From assembly GCF_003704095.1 (NCBI RefSeq), contig NW_020847569.1, forward strand, positions 806,001 to 870,000: a DNA stretch of 64,000 nucleotides, given 5' to 3'. The notes under the pieces were generated by a model. The model saw only the letters and a program-made list of their open reading frames with translations, was not told the DNA's origin and made no database searches. Below, piece by piece: positions 1-10,730 of this stretch. This stretch comes from Pocillopora damicornis. Lineage: Eukaryota. The position numbers and the translations under genes are program-made. The stretch's first letter is position 1; every line of letters starts with the position of its first letter.

Positions 1-731
1 CTCTATCAGACGAAGTGATCTACCACGTCTATGTTTTTAAGTTTGGTAAACGTGTAGAAAATCACAGTCGCAGGCAGGAGGGGAATTTGAACAAACTAAT
101 GTCCAAAAGTTTAATGTGCTGAATGTTGTTGGGATGTTGGAACTTAAAATTGATCGACGCGTATAAGTTGAAGTCTATATCGAGGAAAGTGTGATTTAAT
201 TCATCAAGCAATCGCTATTCAATTAAGTTCGTATTTCTGCGCATGGACCAGCTGACTGATGATATCGTTGGTTACGTGACATAATTTCTGGCGGCGAAGC
301 TTCGACAGCGAGCAACAAGCGTACCCCGACTTCACTCTCCTTGCGCGGTTAGTACGTTCGAAGGCCAATTGTGCGACAGCGCACAAGCCTCTTTTGTAAC
401 TGCGCAGGGGGCAGATAAAAAAAGGAAAAAAAAGGTAAAAGCGAAAAATAAAACTCTTCAAGCTTAGAGTAACGGTCGGTGTTTTCCCGCTTGATGAAAT
501 ACAATGTTATAGCGCAGTACACTTATTGTAAGCCTTCAATTAAGCACGTGACCACAAGCTACGGTGCGTCATTAGATTTACACATGAGTGCTTTATTCTG
601 CTCTAAATTTACAAATATGTAAATATATTACTTAACAAATTGTATCGATGACACAACATCTGTTTCATTTCTCTCCGTTAATACATAAATATTTTTAAAG
701 CAATTACAAGAAGAGAGTTGCCGCTAATTAT

Positions 732-3418
732 TTAGGCTCTTCCGAGCTTACTCGAGTAATCTATCAATTGTTGAAGAAAGCCGTCGTTAGGTGAAATTTC
801 TCGCTTGCTCCGCACGATTCTCACCGCCTCCTTAAGTTCCATTTCTTGATCTCTCACTAAGTAGGCCAAGACAAGGCTTGCGGATCGGCTAACGCCCTCC
901 TTACAGTGGACATAAATCTTCCCGTTAAGCTTTTCAGAGTTCTTGGTTCCGACCGCTTTGGCGATGAAATCGCACGCTTCGTCAAAATAGCGGTCAAGTT
1001 TGAAAGTGAACATATCCATGGCAGGTATGCCATGGTAGATGATGCCAGATCCCCTATAATAATCAGGGCCTGTTTGGACGTGGTAATACTTGTTTCCATG
1101 CGCGGCATTCAGTATATGGGTGATGCCAAGGTCTTGTAGCTCCCCTTCATTCATGGCCGTTGATCTGGAAAGAAACAGGGTAGAGATACGTAATATTACC
1201 GACCATAAAGACCGGATTCAGCCCAGCTCGAGCGAGCGAGAAGTCACGCGCGAGGTTCAGATGACGACGCTCTTCTCCCGCAATTGTGATCTCACTCAGG
1301 CGCGTGATTCGCATTCTTGCTGACTTATGCACGCACACTTTTCGCGCACAAGACCACACAACAAAATTTTTCAGTTACAGCACGAATTACGACCAGTGCG
1401 AAGCCTTTAATTTTTTCTCTCACTCGAAAATCGATGATATATTTCACAAAAAAAGAGGAGAATAGCTTTCTTTTGTTACCTCTAGATTTCTGGGAATGGT
1501 TTAAATGCAATATTTTTTTGGCAAAAAAGTATTTTTGAAGGAAAAGCAGACTCTCCACTGAGAGTGGCTTCGATACCACGAAATCTGCCTCATGAATGGA
1601 AAAAAGAAATAGAATGAAAGATATATAGCGAAAGATGAAACATACCGACATGTTACGTGTAAATGTCCTAAAACTTAGTATTCGCGACAAACAACACAGA
1701 AGCCTTCTGGAGAAAAGAGTTTTTATTTCAGGTTACCCCTGTCCTAATCCTCCAATGCAGTTTGTTTATATCTCGATTTTTAATCAAAAGAGAGTATGTG
1801 GGACCTCTAGATATATATTTAGCAAATAGATTCCAAGTTGCCGAGCGTCTGTTCAGTAATAGATTACAGATGACGTCAAAACTACGGTAAGAACAAAAAA
1901 GTGACAAACGAGGCGCAGCCGTGTGTGTCACTGATGACGTCATCTATACGTCTGTCCTCCAATAGATCATAAGTGAGAACCAATCAGAATGCATGCACAA
2001 CTGAGCTTATTATATAAAAATGGATGATATTTCCCTGAAAACAGCTGCCCATCACTTGGTAGACTTTTCTGAAAACCAGCACTTTTCGCCCAAGTTGGGG
2101 CCTGAAACAACGTTACCATGGAAAAAAAAAGACACCCATCAAGACTGTAGCGACAGTCGGTGTCAGAGGATGTGATGTTGCAATGAATACTGCTAAAGCT
2201 AAAAATGGTTAAATTTTCTGGGATGACCACCTTCAACTCGGAAATTTGATGAGTGACCGAAATGGCCCACTTGGCAAGGCACAATAATTCCCTCTCATGA
2301 GTATGCAGGTGAGAGAATTATTGTGCCTTGCAACCTCGTCTAACAAATTTTTTAGTGAAAACAAAAACGACAACGACAAACATAACAAAGGAAAATAAAG
2401 TGCGGAAACACAATATGGAAATTAAGCATGTTTTGCGTCTACTCGCTCAAAGATAGCTTTAACGCAGATGTTACACGCCCACTCAATAATCCCCCAAAAT
2501 TTGTTTTTGAGGATTACCTGAGAAGCGACAATTAAGTTTGTGAGGAAAATGCAAGTACTCTGAAAGATTAAATCTCTTTTTTGAAGTCAACAAGTGTGAT
2601 AACTTTCCGTGAAAAAAGTCCATTTTAAAATCGTTATCCAAATTTCTGTGCGTTACGGGCAGAAGGCGTTACTTGCGTGACAAAATGTGCCACACTACCG
2701 GACGTGGATGCCACGTTCGGTACATCTGCGGCGCTGCACATTTGTTCTTATTTTTTTTAAGAGCGAAAGAAGACTTTTTAATTTAAAAACGTCAATGCCA
2801 GGCAATCGACTTCCTTTGCTGCATGGCACCAAATGTAAAGGGCAGGAACTCGGGATAGAGCGATTAGAATATTTTATCTTAAAATCTGAATTAAATTGCT
2901 ATGATCTCCGAGGACAATTTCAATCCCTTCGTGAAATACAAAAAGGAATGAGAAACCACCTCTTCGCCTGAGAAAAATTAACCTGATGAGCAACGTGATG
3001 CTGTACTCGTTTAGGATTCACATGGAGCGCTCGCTGTCAAAACAACATGTGAAAGAATTCGCAGAAGAGCTCAGAGGAAAAGTACCTAAAATATCTAAAT
3101 CCCAAGCTTTGACGAACAAAGCTATCTAAACCATGATTGATCTTCAATCTCACTTAAAATGGCTCAGAGAATCAACTCTTCGAAGAACAGCTGAAAACAA
3201 CTAACAATGTTCATAGCTCACTATATAAAACAGCTGGAAAAATTAAACTGCACTTACGCTTCGCCAATGAAGATTCCGTTGAAAACTTCGTTGTAAGCAT
3301 CATTAGGCATCATATAGAAACCACCAGCAGGCTCAGTTATAATAAATTGTAAGTCCTTGACGGTGGTTTTCGGAGAAAGTGAGGACGCAGCTCTAGACAC
3401 CTCCTGCTCTTCAGCCAT
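732..3418 (-). CDS. Atypical dual-specificity protein phosphatase, DUSP3/VHR-like (2 exons, ~197 aa)
   Basis: Exons 3418-3258 and 1164-732 join in frame (GC|GTAAGT ... TTCCAG|A). Catalytic motif VHCKEGVSRS (HCxxGxSR); ITHILNAAHG; R-x-I-x-PNDGFLQQL C-terminal motif. The exact paralog (DUSP3/13/26/27 group) is not resolvable. Confidence 0.9.
1821..2010. mobile_element. Palindromic MITE (AAATAGATTCCAAGTTGCC family), partial copy
   Basis: Shares AAATAGATTCCAAGTTGC-TCTGTTCAGTAATAGAT-ACAGA-GTCAAAA with the more complete copy at 31350-31651. Confidence 0.65.
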
Positions 3419-3477
3419 TTTGTTTGTTTGGCAACGACTGGTTCCGGTTTGCAATATTGAATTGCATTATGGGCCGA

Positions 3478-3492
3478 CTTAAGATGGCGGTC
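3478..3492 (+). promoter_or_regulatory. YY1-type initiator motif in the divergent promoter between the DUSP gene and the small TM ORF
   Basis: AAGATGGCGG at 3481-3490 matches the YY1 consensus AANATGGCGG. CCGGAA (ETS core) lies on the minus strand at ~3442-3447. The region is CpG-rich. Confidence 0.5.
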
Positions 3493-3693
3493 GTGGGACA
3501 TGTCTTTTCCGCTTCAACAGGTGAAAGGGTTTAATTAAGTCAAACTCGTTGACATGGACACGAAAGTACGGTCGTAACGGATTATGCTACAGTCTCAACG
3601 AGAATACCATCGTATACGGTGGTCCTATAGATTTATTTTTGGTTATACAAAGAGGAATCTGGTGTTGGAAACTGAACACAAACAGAAAGAAAG

Positions 3694-3882
3694 ATGGTTG
3701 AAGTCGACATCGTAGAATTAACAGTCACATGTGTAGCAGCGGCGATAATTATAGCAGCCCTTGGTGTTTTGTTATTCTACTTCTGCACAACTCGAACGCA
3801 AAGACAGAGATGCCGCAAAAGATGCACAAACTCACGTCAAAGTGTCGAACACGTGCAGAGCCAAAGAGCACCAAATAGCTAA
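3694..3882 (+). CDS. Putative 62-aa single-pass membrane microprotein
   Basis: Good Kozak context (AAGATGG). Hydrophobic stretch LTVTCVAAAIIIAALGVLLFYFC followed by a basic cluster RTQRQRCRKR (positive-inside rule). Candidate 5'UTR intron 3521-3630 (CAG|GTGAAA ... TATAG|). No recognisable homolog. Confidence 0.45.
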   Translation: MVEVDIVELTVTCVAAAIIIAALGVLLFYFCTTRTQRQRCRKRCTNSRQSVEHVQSQRAPNS

Positions 3883-4449
3883 GAGCAGTGAAAAAGAGAA
3901 AAACTGTAATCCCCGTCCCAACCAGCGATATGGAGGAGACCTCGTTGAGAAATTGAAATATTGTGTCACGATACATCGACAAAATTCTGTCCTACAAAAG
4001 ATTAAAGGAGAGACAAATGATAGAGTTTTACGGGATGGAAAATGATACTGAAACTGCAACAGTATTAACAACAGAAAGAGTAAAATAGCATTGGGGAACA
4101 ACAAAGAGACTTTGAGTGAAGTAAACTATAAGATTGTCTGCAAGACTCTCGCACATATTTCAGAAATAATCTATTACAAGCTGAAAAATGTGTTTAATCC
4201 TTCAAGGAAAACTTATTTAAAATGATTCTTGAAATATTACTAACCACAAACATGGTACACCTTATTAAAAACAAATCTTACATCATAAAGAAAAAGCTAC
4301 AATTCTGTTAAGAAATTGACAACAATCGACAAATTATATCTGATGAGGTTTTACCCTTTAAGCCCTGTTTACAAATTGAATTTTTGTGTTAAAAGATTTG
4401 AGAGGACCATCCACTTTAGGCTTTGATAATATGGTATACATTTTGAAGC

Positions 4450-4915
4450 TTATTTCAATTGAGTGTCTGACAACGAAAACCAGATTATTCACAGTGGCTG
4501 ATCAGAAGAAAGGAAAATATCACAAGGAGGCAATAATAACTTAACCCAGTAACTCTCAATGTCTGATTGTCAATTCTCTCCTCCAGCTGCTATATATTTC
4601 CTAGTAAATTAGCTACAAGAATTCACTGTTAGATCAAGACAACAACTTCTACCTGATAAGTTTGAGTATTCTCGTCAGCCGTTTGCTGGAGAGAGTATGG
4701 ATATTAAAGGGAGAAGTTAGATGTTAATCACCTCTGGGAGTTAAAGGGTTAAAGTAAAAACAAGCTAATGCATGAGGCACAGTCAGGAAAATGTGGGGGA
4801 TCAAGCAGTGATAAGCTTTAGTTCTGCATCTCAATGGAAGCAAGTTTTTAAGACTGAACATAGAGTGCCATGAAGTAAAACCAAACCAATTCTGCTTTAC
4901 CTTGGACACTCAATA
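4450..4915. mobile_element. CCAAT-rich palindromic MITE interrupted by a piggyBac-type MITE
   Basis: Ends TTTCAATTGAGTGTC ... GGACACTCAAT. The family sequence resumes (AGTAAAAACAAGC) right after the nested insert at 4541-4752. Confidence 0.7.
4541..4752. mobile_element. piggyBac-type MITE (~210 bp)
   Basis: TTAA-CCC...AAAGGG-TTAA termini; internal sequence shared with many copies in the window. Confidence 0.8.
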
Positions 4916-5061
4916 GGAATTAAGGAGTTGAACATCACAACTGCTGATGCTTTAGCCAATTTGAGCCATAAATCAAGTGAGAATGTAGTAAGAGTCAGTT
5001 GTCCATCTGTAATCACAGGACAGAAATAGTTTCCTCTATATTCTGTGATCAACATGCTTGG

Positions 5062-8000
5062 TCACTCCCAAATCATTTTCTTTTGCTCTAGTTCTTCTCT
5101 CTGCTTGTCTTGTATCTGCTCTAATTCTTCTTCAGTTGTTGCCTCAGTTAAATCCACGTCCAGCTCTTCTGTTCTCTCTAGGGCTTCCTTCATGAGCGCT
5201 TTTGGACTTGGTAGTTTCATAAATGCATCAAATACAGTTGGCACGCTGAGTATCTGTTGATCACCTAGGTAAAGGAATGAGCACAGCTGTCATTAAAATC
5301 TTGTCAACTTTTCATCTTGGATCTTTTATGACATTTTCATCGAAAAGTTAATTATTGACCTCTTGAAGGAACTGTTACTTCACATGGTCTATTTGAGAGT
5401 TTGTGCAGGACTTAGAAAGTAATGGACATTTCAGTCTGGGCTGGAGAAGTAGTCTGAAATGGCCAGAGATTGATTTTAAAGTACAAATTTGACATGGAAG
5501 CACAAAAAAGGACAAGAAAAGATGGAAATATAAATGATCACACAATTACATATATGAACTCTGTTGCAAACCATAATTCAAAATCCTGATGCAGGCCATG
5601 AATCAATGAAGTAATCATAGTCATGTACCTCTCTGTTTTGTGACAAGAAGTCCTAAGTTCTCCAGTTGTTTTAAAGGCTCTAATGGATCATATTTCAGTG
5701 TCACTTGAAACTTGAGATTCATCCAATCCTCTACATGCTGCTTCAGCTCACCAACTGTCATTCCTTCAGAGTGCAACCCAGTTCTGTGACCACCACCTAG
5801 ACAAAGTTATTTACAGAGAGGTATAAAGATAAACCAGTTCACCAGTTTCAGTCAGTGATCAATTCTGTTACTCTCATGACCTTAGTAAATGATTAGGCAG
5901 TATTGATGTCAGGAGAATTAAATACTGGTCACTCTTAAGGCTTTAAAGGGTTAAGGAAAGACTGAGAGCAGGCAAGGAAAGTATACCAAAGCTTTCCCAT
6001 GCCAAATGTTGAAATTAATGAAAGAGGGGCTGTCAGGAGGCAAAAGAAAGGGAACTGACTGAGCTAGCTGATTCAAACATAAATCCAAAAGAAAAAAACT
6101 CAGTCCATAACTTGCAGTAAGGAGCTCAGATTAAGACAGTAAGAGGTATTCATTATGCACAATTTGTGAATCAAATTTCAAGAACTGATATAATTAAGTT
6201 CAGAACAACCTAGCCAAGAACAATAACCATAAAACAGACATTTGAATAAAAATTAAATATTTCCTAAAGTACCTGATAAGTTTAAAGGAGCTTGAAGGAA
6301 GCTGTATGCCAAAAGGGTTCCCTTAAACACCTCATCTTCAGCTCTGTCAGCCAGCAAAGTAAATAAGGCACGATTGTTTGCAATGGCCTTAAAGTAGAGG
6401 GTCTGTGACAAGCGCACAAGATAAGAATTCCTTTTGTTTTTGTAAATCGTCCATGCTCTTGCAGCCACAACTCCTGCCACAGATATGGCAATATAAATCC
6501 ATGATATCTTGTAATCAGCCAGGAAAGAAACAAGCTTTATCACTACACTTGCTGCACCAATAGTCAAAGTTGCTGCCAATACTCGTTGATCAAACTTCGT
6601 CATCCTTATTTTTCCTTCTGGAAGTAACTGCTCCAGATTGGCACATCGAATGTCCTTGAAGGACTTAAGCATTAGTTTACTCTGCTTTTTAGCACGAATG
6701 GCGATAACCACCCTCTTGTATCTCTCAGCCTTTATCGGTGGTTTAAACCTTTTAACAACTCTACTGGCAACTCTGGAGTACCATTGACCTGTGTTGTCAG
6801 GTTCAAACTCTTTTCCAACAACCCACACCCGCAGAACATCATATTTCTTCGGGTCAACACTGACAAGTACACCGTCTCCGGCATCATGTTCTTTTAAGGC
6901 ACTGCGCACATCTTCAACAGGTAACTCATAAAAGTGAGCCTTTTCTAACAGTTGAGATAACTTTTCCAGTAGCCAGAATTCATTGTCAAGTCTTTCCTTC
7001 TTGGAAGTTTTATGGAGCGTTAAGGTCTCTTTGTCAGGGTTCAAAGGATCATACAAAGCCTTAAGAAGAAAAAAATTGTTTTTGGTTTGTTTTTCTTTTA
7101 ACTTTCATTTGCAATGGTATATAAAAAAAAAACTCATGTGAAAGCATTGTGGCTTCCTCACCAACTTTAGTCTTTACACTTGTACCTTGACAATTAATTA
7201 AATTAATAGCAAAATTTTAATAGAAAAAAATAGGGCTGGTGTAATAAAGTGACAAGTGCAAATAGAGGTAAAAACGGCATTAGATAACCTCCTTTTTGCT
7301 CCTATTCTTGATTCATTGTCCTGCTTCCTTGATAAGGAGCTTGCTCCACTAGTTTACCACTCTCTATTAAAAGAGGGTCAAACCAAATGTGAATGTGATG
7401 TATCCTACGGGGTAATCCCACAGAGACTTTTTCCACTATGCAGGGTTAGGTCATCATTTAATTTGGACAGGAAAAGGTTTTGGAAATCAAGGTATAGAGG
7501 TATTCTGAAGGGGTAGTTTGTGGGGTGCTGGTTGCTCACTGCAGGTCTCCTGCAGAAGGGGCTCGTCTCTGCCGATTACTCGACGTTGCTACCTTATGTG
7601 GTCTTGACGAATTGAAATTTGTCATGTTTCTTCTTCTAACTTCCTAAGTTCAACGAATCATTTATTAAAACGTATCTTTGCTTCTGATTTTCTTGCGGAT
7701 GGTGACAACAGCGGTGACTTACCTTCAACTCCCCAAGAACTCCGTGAAACGTCCCAGCTATGGCATTGTCCAAGTTCACTGCAAGATTTTGAAAGTAACT
7801 TCTGTCATTCGAGTTTATCAGGTTCTCGTCTTCTACTATTCGCCTTATAAGAGCTTTTCTTGTCATAGGAACAAATTTTTGAGGGACGTAGTATTCAGAT
7901 GTACCAGGCGTTCCTTGTTTAAGTGCAGTCGTTTGTTCCAGTTGATCATCCTTTCTTAAGCCAAACGGGTTGGGCCATTTGAGGAAAGACGACACAGAAG

Positions 8001-8148
8001 CTCGTTGAAATTTTTTATATTTTCCAGTCCAATTAGGAATAGAAAAAATGTATTTTCTGCCATATGGAAGCATTCTCGCCCTCTTGGTCGCGCAAGAAAC
8101 GGGATGAAAGGTCTCGATGATGAACTTTGGCCTCAAAAGATTGGGCAT
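5062..8148 (-). CDS. TMEM143: Transmembrane protein 143 (DUF3754 family), 4 exons
   Basis: Exons 8148-7723, 7059-6273, 5796-5629, 5264-5062, all GT-AG and phase-compatible. Motifs FVPMTRKALI, LYDPLNPDKETL, LMLKSFKDI..NLEQLLPE, two TM helices, LYFKAIANN..L..LADRAEDE..K..LLAY. The start codon could instead be the downstream Met (MLPYG). Confidence 0.88.
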
Positions 8149-8708
8149 GAGTCTACATCAGGCTCTTTCGGCTGGCACGCTCATCTGGATCACAAAATAA
8201 TTACCTGCGACGAATTCAACTCTGAATTTCCTTACAATTAGCGCAAACCTTCTTCAAACGTGCGCACCCCACTTCATTCGAGATTAAAAATAAGCAACTT
8301 AAGCTCAAAGAGTTAGATTATAGATAGATCACCTGCGTTATCCCGCACTTTTGGCAGTTTACTTTTTTCTGTCGTGATTTCTCAGTCACGGGCTTCTTGT
8401 GATAATTCCCTTACTTTTAATTGGTCTCTGTGAAGAATTTGGTTTTGATTTTACGTCAACGGATTGAAAATTTTGAAATGAGCCCTTAACTGTAACATGG
8501 AAGCCCTAAGGTAAGGAGATTTGCTCGTGAAACGGGAGACGAACAACAACAATGTAAGAGCCTTAAGACATCCGGCTTTTGTAATTAAGAGCAAACTCTT
8601 TTCTCCTTTGTGATTGAATCAATTTAGGATCTCCTAATGTCTCAGGTTAATTGAAAGAAGTATCCGGCGCATACGCTCATCCATCAAACTGATTTTACCA
8701 ACCACTCT

Positions 8709-8923
8709 CAACCCTTTAATAAACGCGCAAGATCTCATCAGTAATTCTCCTTACTGTCTGCCGTACAATTCTTGTGATACTAGTTCTGAGAATTTGGTAC
8801 TGGATCAATTAGAAAATCCTCAAACTTACATTTTTCTATATCCTCATCACCTGTCTGAGTGATATTGTGCTGATTTTGTACGGAGAAATTCTGTTTAGGT
8901 CACTCATGGGAATTAAAGGGTTA
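8709..8923. mobile_element. piggyBac-type MITE
   Basis: AACCCTTTAA ... TTAAAGGGTT termini; family internal motifs (AATTCTCCTTACTGTCTGCC, GAGAATTTGG). Confidence 0.75.
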
Positions 8924-10279
8924 GCTGAGTTTTTTTTCGGTAGGCATAGTAGAAGGTTGCCTTTGTGGGATGCAAACAGTCTAAAACAATGGGAAAAGGT
9001 TAAAAAATGTGAGACTTTAGCAAACTGGTCTGTAAATTAGGTTAAAAAAAGGTGAAAATAAGTCTATGTAACAAGAGAAGTTAATTAAGAAGAACGCGCG
9101 TCACAGTTGGTGAAGCAAGAATGCCAAATAGAATAATGTAACATGGAACTTCTCACTGTCTGCAATTAATCGATTGTACGCTAAGGCCGGAAGATACTTA
9201 CGATGGTTGCGAGCAAGATGATTTTTTATCTAATTTTCTCTAGTGTTAAGTTAGTGATTATAGGAAAATGACCATGAAAGCAGAGCTCATTTATACCGTT
9301 TGTTGTCGCCATAAGCCTCATTTTTCAAACTTACCGCAGTCTCACGGCACGCAAGCGAGAAAAAGGGAAGATGAGAGAGTCTGGATTAATCAAATGAGAA
9401 ATTTGACTTGTCCTCTTTTATACTTGGAAAATCAGGTTCCATGCAGTGACAACGGGATTTAATTTTGTTGCTAGTCGGTCGCTACGGTGGAATTTGAATG
9501 GTACAGTGATACGTGGGTAAGGGCGGGGACGTCTACCTACTCCCACATCCCTGATGAACGATCCCTGGTAACTGAAGTAAATATTTTTACCGATCATTTG
9601 CTTAGCATGGCATCGTGACCTCATGAGACTTATACTATGGCTATAGCTTTTCCAAGTTTTATTGGAATCCTGCTCCGGGAGATTGTTGTTTTTTTTAAGT
9701 TAGGTATTAATCTTATATGGATGCGATCAGTAACTTCTTAGTGTATTCGCCCGGTTGGAACTGGAAACCATGCAAATACTGTCGAACACCCAGGGTGCGG
9801 TATGGAGTTTTATCGATGAAATCCTCTGTTATGAAGTTTCTGAACAACAATAGGAGCCACACCTGACAACTAAATCTTTGAATGATTTATACAGTTTGTG
9901 GTAAGGCGGTATTCTACTCCTAAGGAAGACGCGGTTGTTTCCCTTTATGCCTGTTTTGTTCCTAACAGACTTCTCAAGTCTTATCTATGACGAGAATACT
10001 CCACAAAATTGTCTGGAATTGTGTTTGGTTACGAAAAAAAATGCTTTGTTCTCGGCCTCGAAGCCCTGAATAAATTTGATTTTTTGCCAGATGTGGAAAC
10101 ACCTGCACCTAGCCGCCTCGGAAGGGACGCGCAACAAGTGGGTGATATTTCTAGAAAAAAATTAAAATGTCTGCCTTTACCTAACAGAAGTTAAACGAGA
10201 AAACTCGACAAAAATTTGCCAATATAGAAGGGATTGTTGACCATAGAATTAATCGTTGTACGTGACATTCGGAAGGAAA

Positions 10280-10400
10280 TCCCCGGCGCAACTTTGAGCT
10301 CACTTCACTTCCGGTTCTCAACAAAGCCTGTAAGCATGCGCAAAGACGCGCGCGCGATAAATACTGAAGACGAACAGAAGAAGGCGTGTTGTGTTTTGTG
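10280..10400 (+). promoter_or_regulatory. CpG-rich SEPT7 promoter region
   Basis: CACTTCCGG (ETS/GABP-type) at ~10306-10314, GCATGCGCA (NRF1-type) at ~10334-10342 and a GCGCGCGCG run, about 400 bp upstream of the ATG. Confidence 0.5.
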
Positions 10401-10730
10401 TGGAGTCTGAGAGTTTATAGAGCGGAAAATTTGCCTTCCAGCGATGGGTTAGTAATATTTAGTCGTTTAAGAGGCGAATACTTGCAATATTTTTTGCATT
10501 GTGGGCGTTCCTTTGAGTTTGGACGGGCAAACGATCGATGTTGCGGCGTATCGGTCGCAGAAGAGAGCTGGGGCTTATATTTTGCTTTGACCGCTGCTGT
10601 GGCTTGAAGCGCAGTCCTCAATAACTGGTTTACAATTTTATCATTTATTTATAACGTTCAGCTTCTTGTCATACTCATTCGTATCCGTCTTCTAACTTTT
10701 TCCCTCGGTGAACGGACTTTCCGCCAACAC

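Noticed and set aside
2983-3010. Other CTGATGA heptamers (e.g. ~2983, 4341, 9551, 57454, 57699) as hammerhead cores
   Set aside because: None has a stem II followed by GAAA and a closing stem I.
3761-4045. 94-aa ORF overlapping the microprotein, suggesting a frameshifted longer gene
   Set aside because: Non-ATG start, no slippery site or splice signal linking the frames, and no recognisable domain.
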